Positions 25,705 to 38,895 of a stretch of DNA of 64,000 nt are shown piece after piece; within the stretch, counting starts at the first letter, position 1; every line of letters begins with the position of its first letter. This stretch comes from Felis catus. Taxonomy: Eukaryota. A program made the position numbers and the translations under genes. The stretch is taken from positions 229,030,001 through 229,094,000 of the forward strand of contig NC_058368.1 in NCBI RefSeq assembly GCF_018350175.1, read 5' to 3'. A model generated the notes under the pieces. That model was not told where the DNA came from, did not search any database, and saw only the letters and a program-made list of their open reading frames with translations.

Positions 25705-25923
25705 TTCATGTTTATTTATTTATTTTGAGAGAGAGAGAATGAGAGAGAGAGAGTGTGTGTGAAAGGTGGAAGCGGCAGGGAGCGGGGGGCAGAAAATCCC
25801 AAGCAGACTCCTTCATGTCAGTTCAGAACCTAACATGGGGCTCAATCCCATGAACTGTGAGATCATGACCTAAGCTGAAATTGAGCATCAGAGACTCAAT
25901 TGATTGAGGTACCCAGATGCCTC
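25705..25923 (-). mobile_element. Can-SINE
   Basis: Diverged SINE; TSD tgta(g/c)ctttactttt. Confidence 0.9.
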
Positions 25924-26465
25924 TGTACCTTTACTTTTGAAATGCTATTTTGAGTTAACTACTTTTGATTGTTTATGAAAGTTATAATAAAAGAAGGTAA
26001 GTTAAGGCTAAAAGAGTCAAGAGAGATTTCTGAAGCCATTATCATTTATTGCCTACTATTTTTCTAACTTTATCCAGTCTTTCTTTTGGGTTTCTTATAC
26101 TTAAGTCATTAATGACAAATAATTACAATTGATAGTGTTTCTTTCTTGCCAATTTACATATCATTAGTCTTGTCTGCCTCTTTACATAGATTGGTTAATT
26201 ATTCCATTAAAACAGATAAATAATTATGCAGTAGCAGGAATTCAACCATTTCTGATAATTGTCTGGAATGTGACAAAATAAGTCATACTTTCAGATATAT
26301 TAATAACAGAGTATCACCTGTTTTCTGGTTTACTAATCATAGATTTCTTAAGTAAACAAACCATACCCTAAGGTTTAGGGATGTTAAGGAATACATACAT
26401 AGGTGGTAATACAAACAAATGGAAAATGATACAGTGAATGATTATCTTAAAATTCAGAGAAAAGA

Positions 26466-26685
26466 GGGACATCTGGATGGCTCAGTTGGTTGAGTGTCTG
26501 ACTCTTGATTTCACCTCAAGTCATGATCCCAGGGTATGGTCATGGTCCCAAGGGTTCTGGGATTGAACCCAGCATTGGGCTCCACACTAAACAGGGAGCC
26601 TGCTTAAGATTCTGTCTCTCTCCCTCTGCCCCTCTTCCCTACTCATGCATGCTCTCGCTCTCTCTCTCCAATAATTGTTTTAAAA
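26466..26685 (+). mobile_element. Can-SINE (older carnivore-wide subfamily)
   Basis: ctgggattgaacccagcattgggctcc...gggagcctgctt type body; TSD-like aaa(t)tcagagaaa. Confidence 0.9.
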
Positions 26686-27921
26686 AAAATCAGAGAAAGA
26701 AGACAGCCAAAGCAGTAAGGTTAAGAAAGCTTCTGACAATTTTTTATTCTTTCTTTGGTTGGTGGTCCCATCAGTTTTCACTTTATAACAAACCACTCAC
26801 CTCCATTTTTAAAAGTTTTATGAGCATTTTGGTATTTGGCTCACATTTCACAATAAAAAAAATGATGGCCATACTTATGAAAAAAATAAGCTTTAGGGAA
26901 GATATCCAATACACTGGATAAAATTCCAAGCAACCAAAAAGTTTAAAAATAGTTTGAGCTGGCAGATTATAGAACAGTTCTGTCTCACCCACACTTAACA
27001 TAATTTGGGGGTGGGGGTGGAATGGTTGGGAGTGTGGAGAGTTCTTCAAACTAAATATATCAAGAGCGTAATATAGCTTTCAAAAGGAAAAAAATGGCAT
27101 CGAAAGGATCAGGACTTATAATACTACCTAGTGATCTGGTAAAGTACCAACTTCAATCAGATAGAAGAACTTTCTATTCCTTCCCATGCCATGTTCTATT
27201 AACTTATAATGCAACAGAACATTTTCGCTGCTACTAACAAAATCAGCAATTGTAAGTTCATTCTATAAATTGTAGAAAGCTTATTCTCTGAGCTGATTTT
27301 CTTTCTAACAGTGCAATATGATTTTTAAGTATTTCATCTAAATTATACTGTGTGAAATATTGTGATCCATCGGCCTTGTAACTGGCATGTTTACAAACAG
27401 AATGTAGACAGAAGTGTCCTACCCATCTTATTTCCAGAAAACCTACCTAGAGGGAATTTTTAATTAATAGAAAATATGAAATATGTAGCAGTTATTTGTT
27501 TTGACAGAAAGATGTTTGCTATTCCAGATACGGGTCCTTATGTTTTCAAGATTCCCTAATCCAGGATATTAAAGATATCAGTGTTAAATGATCAATAGTA
27601 CTGAAATGTAAAACTAAGTTACCAGACAAAGTTGAACAGCACTCTCATAATTATAATGCTCAAAGGTTTGATAATCAGTTAAGTACTTTGATTTACTCAG
27701 TGTAAGTTACCATTTTTATTAAATTGATAATCCCATGGTGACAAGGCTTGAACCTATTAAAATATGATGGTTTGCAGCAGTGAATCCAGAAGAGACATGC
27801 TGGTTTACATTTAATCTTTATTCCTTGATTTTTTCTTTTATTTTCTCTTTTTCTTTTACTTAGAATAATGGCTTCAGATAGTTACATTTATTGACTAAAT
27901 GGAATGATTTTCCTTAAAAAA

Positions 27922-28131
27922 ATTTTTTTTAACATTTATTCATTTGAGAGAGACAGAGCTCCAGCCGGGGAGAAGCAGAGAGAGAGAGAGGGAGGGAGAC
28001 ACAGACTCTGAAGAAGGGTCCAGGCTCTGAACTGCCAGCACAGAGCCGGATGAGAGGCTCCAACTCACTGACCTTGAGATTATGACCTGAGCTGAAGTCA
28101 GACGCTTAACCAACTGAGCCACAGGTGCCCC
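27922..28131 (-). mobile_element. Can-SINE
   Basis: Full antisense SINE; TSD core gaatgattttc. Confidence 0.93.
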
Positions 28132-28339
28132 CAGACTGAATGATTTTCTAAATTCACACTCCTTTCCCCCCCCCCCATAGCATCATATTAGATATTTCAC
28201 TACTACGAGGATTATAGCCTTGAGAGCCTTTACTGAATTTAAATTTCCAAGTGATTTTCTCTTTTTCAGGTTTTTGATAGCCATCTGTTTCAGAGTGGCT
28301 TTCAAAACTTGAATACAAGCATGGTGTGAAAATGTTGGA

Positions 28340-28900
28340 ACGGAAACTTGTCCCAATCAGCACCGGGAGAAAAAAGCAGGTGAATTTCTCGGCTCGGCCA
28401 CGCTCAACGCCAGGTGCACGCAGGGTGCCGCGCACGTTTTCATGCCGTTCCTCGCAGCGGACCACTTGACCTTTCCCGGTGGTTTTCAAAAGGGCAGATA
28501 CTGAATTTAGCACAGGTCAAGAATAAAAGTACCACTGACGTATGCTCACTTCTCTGGGTTGACTCTTCTGGAAACTGAAGTGGAGTGAAGCCGTTACAAA
28601 TCCTAGGGCTTCTTTCATCGCTTTTGAAATGCCGTAACCGCTTCCTGCATCTCACCTCTCCGCGAGATGCTGTACAGTCATTCTTGTCATTCCAATGACA
28701 GACCTGGATCCATCACCCCCTTGGCTTATTCTCCCACATTAAAGACTGCAGCGGCACCATCAGGTAATCCAATGCCCAGGTCAAGGGAGGCTCCTCTCTG
28801 GGCTCCTGGCACTGCGCTGGGTTCTCGCAGCCCTTTGAGGAGAGCCATTTACCCCTGTTATGTTTTCTCTTCCCCGTTAGGCTTAATCCGTAACGTTTAG
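28340..28900. promoter_or_regulatory. Candidate cis-regulatory element (CpG-enriched unique sequence)
   Basis: About 14 CpG in 28341-28480 against a CpG-poor background; no repeat recognised. Confidence 0.4.
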
Positions 28901-30076
28901 GAGGGACTTCCAACTGAGTGAGACATCATTTACTTGCTCTAATGTCTTCCCGGTACACAGGGGAGGACGCATTTTGAACCAGGGTCTAAATTAATGCCAA
29001 ATTCTGCCCTGAGAGGCCTGAGTGATCCCTGCAGGGGACTGATGGCATCTCTGTGTAACACTAAGGTTGGTTTTTACACATTGGTGGGAGGAAAGAAATG
29101 TCAGAGTATTTCTACTTTCTCTGGAACTAACAGGTTGGACAAAAATAAATGTGGTCCACCAGTCAAAGACCTTTCCGGTCCTCTCCATCTTGCCTGGAAT
29201 GCGTCTTCAAGAGTGTTTGCCAAGGCTGTGCACCGAAGACAAATTGAATCCAAACCCTGTTATCGTCATGTATTTGTTGCCTTTTCCAAATATTAGAATT
29301 GCTACTGTTCGTCATCCATCTGTTAAAGTTTAGGTGGTGATTTCTCCTGGGTGTGAACTACCTTTTGCAAATGCAACTACACTGTTGTATCAGAGTGCTC
29401 CAGATAGCATCCTTATTTTTTAGGTGAAGTTAGAACATGTATGTGCATCTGTGTCACAATATCCTTTAAAACATGACTAGTTTGCTTTAGTCGTATGTCA
29501 CATTGTTTGTTTCTTTAAATGGTGATAGGCTCATTGATCCCATGTGACTATATGACTGATTCCTCAACATGAATGGATAGAGTATTGGTGGGATTTAGGA
29601 AATAGTTCAAGATGATTTCATCTTTCAGAAACCTCTAAAACATGATTTAGTCATCTAATTGAAATCTAGTTGGAGCGATATACATTTTTCTAGGAATCTG
29701 GAGAAAGGAAATTACTTGACAGTACAATTTAGAATAGATATTCATGTTGTCTTCTGTTCATTAGTTTCAATTAATTTGTAACATCTCCAAAAGAAAAGAT
29801 GGAAAGCTCTTTAGCCTCTTACAGATACACCTGTACTTTCCCAAGTTCTAAATGTAATTGTAAATTCTGTGTTTCCCTATGGCCCTCTCTTAATTCCACT
29901 TAGAAAAAAATTATCATTTTTTGGCCTTTCTCGTAAATGTCACCATGCTCTAAATTTCTGTCCTACCAAATGATCCAAGATATAAAGAAATCAATTATCT
30001 GAAATGGCAAGTTTTGATCATGATTTCATTTGTATAATCTGTTGACCTTTCCCTGAATGATATATTTTATGTAAAT

Positions 30077-30500
30077 AAACTCTATTTTAAAATATTTTTA
30101 GACTCACAGAGAAGATGCAAACAGAGTACAGAGAGTTCCTATGTGCACCACCCCCTGTTAACTTCTTACATCAACATGGTGCATTTGTCAGAACTAAAGA
30201 AGCAAATGGCATGTTCTCAGTAGCTGAACTCCACAGTGTATTTGGATTTCATTCCATCCCGCCTAAGTCCTTTTTGTGTTTCAGGATCCCACCCAGAATA
30301 ACACTTTACATTTAGGTATCAAGTCTCCTCAGTCTCCTCTGCTCTGTAACTTTCTCTAGACTTTCCTTTTGCTTGATGGTCTTGACAATTTAGAAGGATA
30401 TTGAACTGATATTTTTAAAATGTCCCTCAATTTGGGTTTATCTCATTGGTTAGACTGGGATTAACATTTTCTGGGAGAAAAACATGGAGAGGAAATTCTA
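30077..30500 (-). mobile_element. Old L1 3' end (L1MC-like)
   Basis: gtacagagagttcc, ttcaggatcccacccag, aaatgtccctcaatttgggtttatct. Confidence 0.75.
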
Positions 30501-30515
30501 TTCATTGAATGAGTA

Positions 30516-30750
30516 ATTTTTTTTAAGTTTATTTACTCATTTTTTGAGAGCAACAGAGACAGCTTGAGTCAGGGAAGGGCAGAAAGACAGAGACAGAGAG
30601 AAGGAGAGAGAGAGAGAGTGTGTCCCAAGCAGGCTCCATGCTGCCAGGGTAGAGCCCAATGCATGACTCTAACTCATGAAACTGTGACATCATGACCTGA
30701 GTGGAAACCAAGAGTCAGGCACTTAACCAACTGAGCCACCCAGGCACCCC
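30516..30750 (-). mobile_element. Can-SINE
   Basis: Full antisense SINE. Confidence 0.93.
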
Positions 30751-31137
30751 ATGAATGCTGGTTTTTAATTTAATAGAGTATTATGCAAATTGAAGCGTTT
30801 AATGTATAACTCTTACTCTTTTCAACTTAACACATCCACAATTAGAGGTTATCTGAGGAGTGAACTTTGACAAAATTCATTAAAACAACAGTTTTCAAAA
30901 TGAAAAGTTTTGGTAAAACAAGAAGTTTTTTCCATCTGGCAAAACAATTTCACTCAGGATTTTAAGACACTTTAAAATGTAAACATTGAAAATCTAAAAA
31001 AATGAATACAAAATTAAAACATAATTTAGTTATTATTAAAGTTGAGCTTACACATTATTGTAGGGAAAATTTAAGTATAAATATATTTAAATTTTATTTG
31101 GAAGGATAAGGAGGAACTCTCTATCAAAACTCACTAA

Positions 31138-31356
31138 GGGCAAGGCATCTGGGTGGCTCAGTTGGTTGAGTGTCTGACTTCAGCTCGGGCCATGAACTCG
31201 TGTTCACGAGTTCGAGTCCTGCATCAGGCTCTGTGCTGACAGCTCAGAGCCTGGAGCCTGCTTCCCATTCTGTCTCCCTCTCTCCCTCCTCCTCCCCCAC
31301 TCCCACTCAGTCTCTCTGTTTCTCAAAATTAAATAAAAACATTAAATTTTTTTTTT
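31138..31356 (+). mobile_element. Can-SINE
   Basis: First of a tandem pair. Confidence 0.93.
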
Positions 31357-31367
31357 AAAGCTCATGA

Positions 31368-31582
31368 AGGGTGCCTGGTTGGCTCATTTGGTTAAGCATC
31401 TGGCTCTTGGTTTCCACTCAGGTCATGATCTCAAAGTTGGTGGGGTCAAGCCCATTGAGCTCTGCTGTGATAGCCTGGAGCCTGCTTGGGGATTCACTCT
31501 TTCTACCCTCTCTCTGCCCCTTCTCTGTTCATGCTCTTTCTCTCAAAATAAAATAAAAACAAAAACAAAAATGAAAACAAAA
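31368..31582 (+). mobile_element. Can-SINE
   Basis: Second of the tandem pair; A-rich tail. Confidence 0.92.
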
Positions 31583-32699
31583 AAGCCTCACTAAAAATTT
31601 CCTCAGCTGGAAAATGAGACCCACAATCTTGTATTGTGAGAGTAGATGATGGGGAAACATTCACTACAAGTAACGGGAAGTCTCACTTTACATGATTTTA
31701 TGGTGATCAGTGTTGAATTTCAGTTACCAAAGACAGTTGCAAATCAAGGTTCAGAAGTAATAGACCCAAGTCGCCATTCATGCAGAGTTATGCGGGGCAA
31801 GCAATGCAGGTGTTCATTTCTATTAAATGTTTTGCTTTATTTTTGTATTTAGATTTTCAAGAGTAGATTTAAGGATGATCTTGGCAAACCTAGATGTAAA
31901 TTTAGTTAAGAAACCATCCAGTGACTGGAGTGCAGATGAAGTAGAATTCTGGAGTACAGAGAGCATTTTGGGGTTTTTCAGAGTATATATGGAACTCAAA
32001 ACCATGAGAATAGGCTTGCACCATCACAAAAGCATAGAGCATAGAAGCATTAGTTACAATGTCTAAGGAAGGAGCATTAAAAAATCCAATATAAGCCTTA
32101 GTTGTCATAGTTTAACTTTCATTATATAATATTCAAATCTCATAGGTACATTTATATATAGAAACTGTATATTAACTGTGTGTGCCTAATGACTAATAAG
32201 ATTAAAAAGCATAAACATAGAAACATTTCTATCCTTTAAGCTTTAAATATTCATATTTTACATTAGTAAATGTCCTTATACTTTTTCTTTACAAAATATT
32301 TCACCTATTTTCTTCATGATTTATCTCAAAACACAATTAAAATTAAAGTCGAAAGCTAGCACCATTCTGCAGGGTATAATTGGTTATTGAATATATATAA
32401 TATAAACATATTTTTGACCCTTCTTTGATAGACTGAAAATACTCATTTGGTACAATGGTTTGGGAGGTCTCCTTGCTTGAGATATAACAAATTTAAATTA
32501 TTTTCACTTCTAAGAATGTTTAAAACGTTAGGCAAGAAGGTGAAAGTGTCATCAAAAACAAAATACTATTAATATGAAATGTTCTCAAATGAAAAGAAAT
32601 GCTTTTTTGAATTAGTAAAATGCTTTCTTTTCCTGAAAACAATCTCTATGTAAAACTCTCACATTCTCAGAAAACACTTATTTATATTATTCAGTATTC

Positions 32700-33390
32700 A
32701 AGTATTACAACAATAATACTTATATAACATATAATGTGTGACAGCTACTACTGTACAGACTTTATAAATTTTAAGTAATTTGATACCACAGTAATTCTAA
32801 AATGTAGGTACTATTATGAGTGTTTTATAGATGAGTAAACTAAGGCTTGCGCTATGGCTTGAATTCCCAAATTTCCTTGAGTTCCCCAAATTCCTATGTG
32901 GAAGTCCTCACTCCCAAAGTAATTGTATTTAGATGTGGGGTCTTCGGTAAGTGATTAGTTCATAAGGGTGGTGCCCTCAAGAATGGGAGTGGTGGTCTTA
33001 TAGAACAGATGCAAGAAAGATGATCTGTCTGCCATGTGAGAACACAATGAGAAGGCATCCATCTGAAGCCAAGAAGAGAATCCTCACCATGAATTGGATC
33101 AGCTTGACCTTGGCCTTTCCATCCTCTGGATCACCATGAATTGGCCTTTCCATCCATGGATCACCATGAATTGAATCAGCTTGACCTTGGCCTTTCCATC
33201 CTCTGGAGTGATAAATAAATTTCCACCATTTAAGCCACCCAATCTATGGTGGTTTTGTTATAACAGCCCAAACTGACCAAGACAGCATGTGATATTTAGT
33301 AATTCATCCAGGGTCATACGTATAGTAAGTGAATTTTTGACATGAGCCTAAATGATACAGTTCCAAATTCCAAAACGTTGACACCTTGCT
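32700..33390 (-). mobile_element. MIR relic split by an MLT1A LTR
   Basis: ttttatagatgagtaaactaaggct resumes after the LTR as tagtaattcatccagggtcatac...agtaagtg. Confidence 0.7.
32850..33284 (+). mobile_element. MaLR LTR (MLT1A-like) with an internal tandem triplication
   Basis: gctatgg...ttttgttataacagcccaaactgaccaagaca; 5-bp TSD gcttg/gcatg. Confidence 0.88.
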
Positions 33391-33562
33391 TTCCTAAAAG
33401 TAAGTAGTTTTATCTATTGGTAGCATATAACAATTGGGACTTCAGGACTACCGGCACTGTAATCATAGTTTGTTAGATTTGGGTTCAATAAATTAAAATA
33501 TTGAGTCCTTAATTTCTTATATCTTAAAATAATTATTATTTATTATTCATTTACCAATTATA

Positions 33563-33786
33563 AGAGGGTTTCTCAACCTCAGTATTGTTGAAATTTGGGG
33601 CCATATAATCCCTGGTTGTGGGGGCTATCCTGTGCATTATAGGATGATTAGCATCATCCCCAACTTCTACTCACTAGATGCCAGTTAACAGCCTCCCCTT
33701 CCAAATCTAACAAGCAAAAAATGTCTCCAGACATTGATAAATGTCTTATGGGGGGGGGGGGAATTACCACTAGTAAGAACCATTTG
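33563..33786 (-). mobile_element. hAT MER20
   Basis: gggtttctcaacctcag...ctatcctgtgcattataggatg...aatgtctccagacattg. Confidence 0.88.
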
Positions 33787-36251
33787 TATATATTAATCAA
33801 CAATGGGGAAGATTAATATAAACAACTGGGTATTGATATTTGATATTGACAGATGTGCATTGAGTAGATGGCAATTCAATATTCTGAAGTTAAATATGTA
33901 TCCGAGTACACACACATATCATGTATGTTGCATTATCTATATAATTACTATGCATATATTACAGTGGACCAAGGAAAAATAAATTTGATACTATTTGAAG
34001 AATTTAATCAGTGGTATTGGGAAACTCAACAAGTTTATCCATGTCAGTACCCAAAAAACCCATTATTAATATTTTCGAGGTCGAAAGTCTCTACTGTGTG
34101 TATGAATCAGGAATTTAAGAGAAGTTTGGGATTTATTCATACCCCTAGACACCCAGAAAAGAAGGGCATTGCAAAGCCCTTCTTTTGTCGTTACACAAAA
34201 ACTATTGGTTCATTTAAACTTTTAAAAACCAATATATTCATTTAATCATTATTAGAAAAGCAACAAGTTATTAAATAAAACACTAAGGTACAAATGTTTG
34301 GGAATTATAGATCACAATCCATAGTATCATTCCCTGAAGTTCAAGTCCCTTAAAAGACATCTTTGTACAAATAACTTCTCTGGGGCAATTTAACAATAGC
34401 AAGAATTTTAGACGTTCTTCCCCTGATTCTGACCTGACTTGGTGAGTGTTCTCACTTCATGAGTTTATCAGAACTCATATTAGGATGCAGTTAGTACCAA
34501 ATTTTCTGCAGGGGAAAGGGGGATATTTTTCTCTTTATCTTCTGCAGATTCTTTTCACGAGTTTTTAGCTAGGATGTGAAATATCGAGGCCAAATACGGA
34601 AATTTCGTTAACTAGCACTGAGGACAAAGCAATTTTGAGAAGTTTAAATCTAATAATATGGAAAAGAAACTGCAGGAGATAATGTAATGAAAGACATAAG
34701 CATCCTAGCTCATACCAATGAGGACCTGTCAATAAAAATTTGTATCGTAATTCTCTATTTCTATTCACTCCACAAGGTGAATGAAGTGGATCAAGTCAAT
34801 AAACTGGAAACTCCTTAAGCAAAATCTGAGGACAGCCTGCCTTAACGCTAACTATACTTCAAAACACCTCAAATGAAGCATTCCTTACAAGTTCTACCTC
34901 CACAGGCCCATCTTTTTCTCTGACCCTCTTTGACCTAAAGAGAAAAATGGGACAGCTAAGCTAATGATTCTGCATAGTCTTTTCTGTTCTCAAAGTGACT
35001 CAGAACAATTGAATCATTAATTTTATTGCCTTTATAATCTTAATCCCATAAGTATTTTGGTCTTTAATTATAATGTGTTACAGTTGAACATAAGCATAAC
35101 TATTTCACAGTGTTTTATATAATCATTTCTACTATCAAAGGTGGAGGGAGCTCGAAGTCCAGATATCAGTGGTTCAGAGAATGGTGGAGAGAGCAGGACA
35201 GGAGCTCAGGGTAAAGGACTGTGCACTGAGAAGCCATTGGAGCTCTCATCGCTTAGTCCCCCTTTATTAAGTGAAAATCCTGACAATACAGAGCCAGAAC
35301 TCTTGTGTCTGGGAAACACACTTAAGTACATTCTTTTTTTTTTTTTTTTTTTTTTTTGTCTTCTGTTACTATTTCAATTCACAGTGAAACTGAGCATATT
35401 CAATAACCAATGAAGACAGATCAGGTAGAACTTAACGGATGCTTAAAATCAGGGTTTTACAATAGACCTCAGTCTGCTAAAGTTCTGAGGGTAAGAGAAT
35501 AGGTACCTGTCTTTGTGGTACATTTTATGACAGAGATAGTATAGGTTGTTTGGGAAGCATCCTTTGAAGCATTTTATGAAAAATGAAATAACATATTTGT
35601 GCTTTGCATTTGAGCATTGATTGTTTTCATTCTTGCCGTTTAGCTGAGATGATCACAACGTCTCTAAGACATGGTGTCTTGCCAGGAGAAAATATAAAAA
35701 TCAGTGTGTCACAAGCATGTAAACTAGGTCATGAGATTTAATTTGTTATTTACAAGTACTTGTATTATAGTGGAAAAATATGTAAGCCATATAAACATTC
35801 TTCTACTTTCATAAAATACGTCATGCTTTTGATTTAAAAAAAAAAAGCCTGTGTATTAAAAGTTAGAGTTTTAAAATGTAATTTCCTTGTTAACTTATAC
35901 TTCCTATATAGCAGTATTTCTTTGCCATCCAGAAATTAAGAGGGTTAAGGCAGGTAATTCCCTCTAAACCAGGTAATCTCTTAAGTAAGCTAATGTACTT
36001 GAGCCCTTCTATAATCATTAGCTATCTATCTACCTGCTAAAGGAAATTGGACTATCGAATAGCAAAATCCTTTAGCAATCATTCTGAATTTGTAAAATAG
36101 AGAGCTAATACATCATTATCACTTGGCTAATTTTCTACCATGTATCAATAATTGTGGTCATAAAATGTTTCTGAATGCATGGCCGGCATTCCGTGAAACG
36201 TGCTCTTCGATGCTTAAAAATTCTGAAAGAAAAATGTACGTATATGGTTTT

Positions 36252-36473
36252 TTTTTCTTAAATTATTTTTAATGTTTTTATTTGTTTTTGAGACAGAGAG
36301 AGACAGAGCATGAGCAGGGGAGGGGCAGAGACAGGGAGACACAGAATCTGAAACAGGCTCCAGGCTCTGAGCGGTCAGCACAGAGCCCGTCGTGGGGCTC
36401 GAACTCACGGACTGCGAGATCATGCCCTGAGCTGAAGTCGGACCCTTAACTGACTGAGCCACCCAGGCACCCC
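36252..36473 (-). mobile_element. Feline Can-SINE
   Basis: Full antisense SINE. Confidence 0.95.
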
Positions 36474-38091
36474 TTACATGTTTTCTTTTATAGTTATACA
36501 CGTCCTTTCTTTTTTTATTCAATATAAGTCAGTGCACCATATTGATGAGGAGAAAGTCACCCTAATAATAGTTTAGTGGTCGACTCAACTGTGTATAATT
36601 GAAATACCTGTTGTATATACCCTGGTAATCAAAATGCAGCAGGAAGACAGAACCCAGTAACACACAAATACAAGTGCCTAAAATATTAAGATTATTTTAT
36701 TATTACTTATTGTAGTTATTATTACCATTATAAACAATCACACATAATTACATTTCTTCCAGATATATCGGAGCCAATTTCATTGATTCAGTTTGCGGTT
36801 TGTTGGTACCTCCATTAGAACTCATTAGCAACAATAGACTCAATAGGTTAAAACGGAACAAAAACAACAACAACAAAACCTAGCAAGTTCATTGAGATCT
36901 CTTTTTTGTTGAATTTCCAGTCTTAGCCATTTTCAGCTGTTTGCGGCTATTTCAGGAACAATGCAGAGTAACTACTGGGGGCGTGCTTTGATTAATGTTA
37001 CACAATTCAGGGAGGAGTTTGGACCCTCTGATCTGCCCTTTGATGACGCCTGAACAGTAACATCTGATACATACAAGGCAATGACATAATTGCCTTGCAA
37101 ACAAGTCATTGTCTCACAGGTTTGGGGTTCTAATTAACAATTATATGCGTGTATGGTTGGGTTTTTCCTTTTGTGGGCTGCTATTCTAATTTCATCTTCA
37201 TTGGAGAGCTGTCAATTTTTCTGACATTTTTGGAGAGTAAAAAATTCCATGGGGAAAAATCTCTGCTTTCCAGAGTAAAAGGATTAAGCAAAAACAAAGA
37301 ACTGGAGACAAGCAGAATAAATAAGTTTTAGTAGAGGTACTTCCAGAAAATTATGTAAATTCAGAGTTAGCAATTTCATTAAAAATATTCAAATACATAA
37401 TAATTTAAATTAAACATTAAGTGTTTTCAATGAATATTAACTTAAAATATATAATACAAAGATAGCCTATTTAAAATAATTTCTAATATTTCTAAATATT
37501 ACCAAAATATTTTACTATGGAACATTGATAGTAAGTAATATGCTATTGTAATTGCATCCATTTATAAGACTATATCCTCACATGCCACTGATATAGGATA
37601 ATACATTCAGTATTATGTAAACACTTGTAATAATAAGGATATCAATAATCTATAGTAAAAGAAAACAAAAGCATGGTGATTATATACATAATCAAGATAA
37701 GAAATCACAAACCAAACAAATTACATTCAAACCAAACAAATTACAACTTTCTGAGCATGACCATATGCTAGGAATTTTTGCTTGGTTGATGGCCTTCCTA
37801 CTCAAAATTGAACTGTTAAAGTGCTAATCTCTATCCACCAAATGTCATTTTATGAATATCAAATGATAGCAACTCAGGAAGTTGCTAGCAAATATCCCTC
37901 TATGTCATTCACAGTTAAAATTAAATGTGACAGAAAATTAATGATTAACTGACATTTCTTGTTTGTTCTTTATTTCGTTAGGAAGAATGGCAAGTCCATA
38001 TTGTGCCTACACCTTCTGGGCATATTTATAGTTTAAGCCCTTTCTCCTCTCTAGGGAAAAAAAAAAGTCATTTGTTTAAAAATCACCAATA

Positions 38092-38303
38092 GGGGCGCCT
38101 GGGTGGCCAGTCGGTTAAGCGTCGGACTTCAGCCAGGTCACAATCTCGGTCCGCAAGTTCGAGCCCCGCGTCAGGCTCTGGGCTGATGGCTCATGGCCTG
38201 GAGCCTGTTTCCGATTCTGTGTCTCCCTCTCTCTCTGCCCCTCCCCCGTTCATGCTCTGTCTCTCTCTGTCCCAAAAATAAATAAATGTTGAAAAAAAAA
38301 TTT
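38092..38303 (+). mobile_element. Young feline Can-SINE (SINEC_Fc-like)
   Basis: TSD aaaaatcacca(a/g)ta. Confidence 0.96.
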
Positions 38304-38536
38304 AAAAATCACCAGTAATTAGAACATTGACTATAACAATCCATCGAGTTCCATCAGAAAAGAACAGGAACAAAATAATTTTGGCAAATGAAAGGTAGAT
38401 ACAAAGGGATGGAGTAGATGTGGTAAGGAACTGGAGAGTGGACTGAGAGAATTAAAGAAGGAGTGAAATTTAATAGACAGTGATTCCCAAACATGGGAAC
38501 TCTTTCTGGGAAACTTTACCAAAATGGGGGAGACTC

Positions 38537-38895
38537 TGCTATGGTATGAATGTTTACGGTCTCTCAAAATTTATGTTGAAATTCTAACTCCCAAGATGAT
38601 AACATTAGGACTTCTTTGGGAAGTCATGAGGGCAGAGCCCTCAAGAATGGGATTAGTGACCTTACAAAAGAGACTCTAGAGAGCTTGCTAGCTGCTTCCC
38701 CTATGTGAGAACACAGTAAGAAGCTGGCAGTCAGCAACCTCCAAGAGAAACTTCACGAGAACCTGACCATGATAGCTCCATGATCTTGAACTTGCCAACA
38801 TCCAGAACTAAATAATATCCAGAAATACATTTCTGTTCCTTACAAGTTATCCAGTCTGTGGTATTTTGTTATAGTAGCCCCAGGGGTCTAAGACG
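38537..38895 (+). mobile_element. MaLR LTR (MLT1A0-like)
   Basis: tgctatggtatgaatgtt...catgagggcagagccctcaagaatgggattagtg...gtattttgttatagtagcc...taagac. Confidence 0.9.

Noticed and set aside
31823..32108. 79-aa ORF behind a good-looking splice acceptor at 31852
   Set aside because: The sequence resembles an antisense L2 relic; no donor site and no recognisable protein
33084..33207. CRISPR-like repeat appearance
   Set aside because: The units are contiguous with no unique spacers, lie in a mammalian LTR, and there are no cas genes
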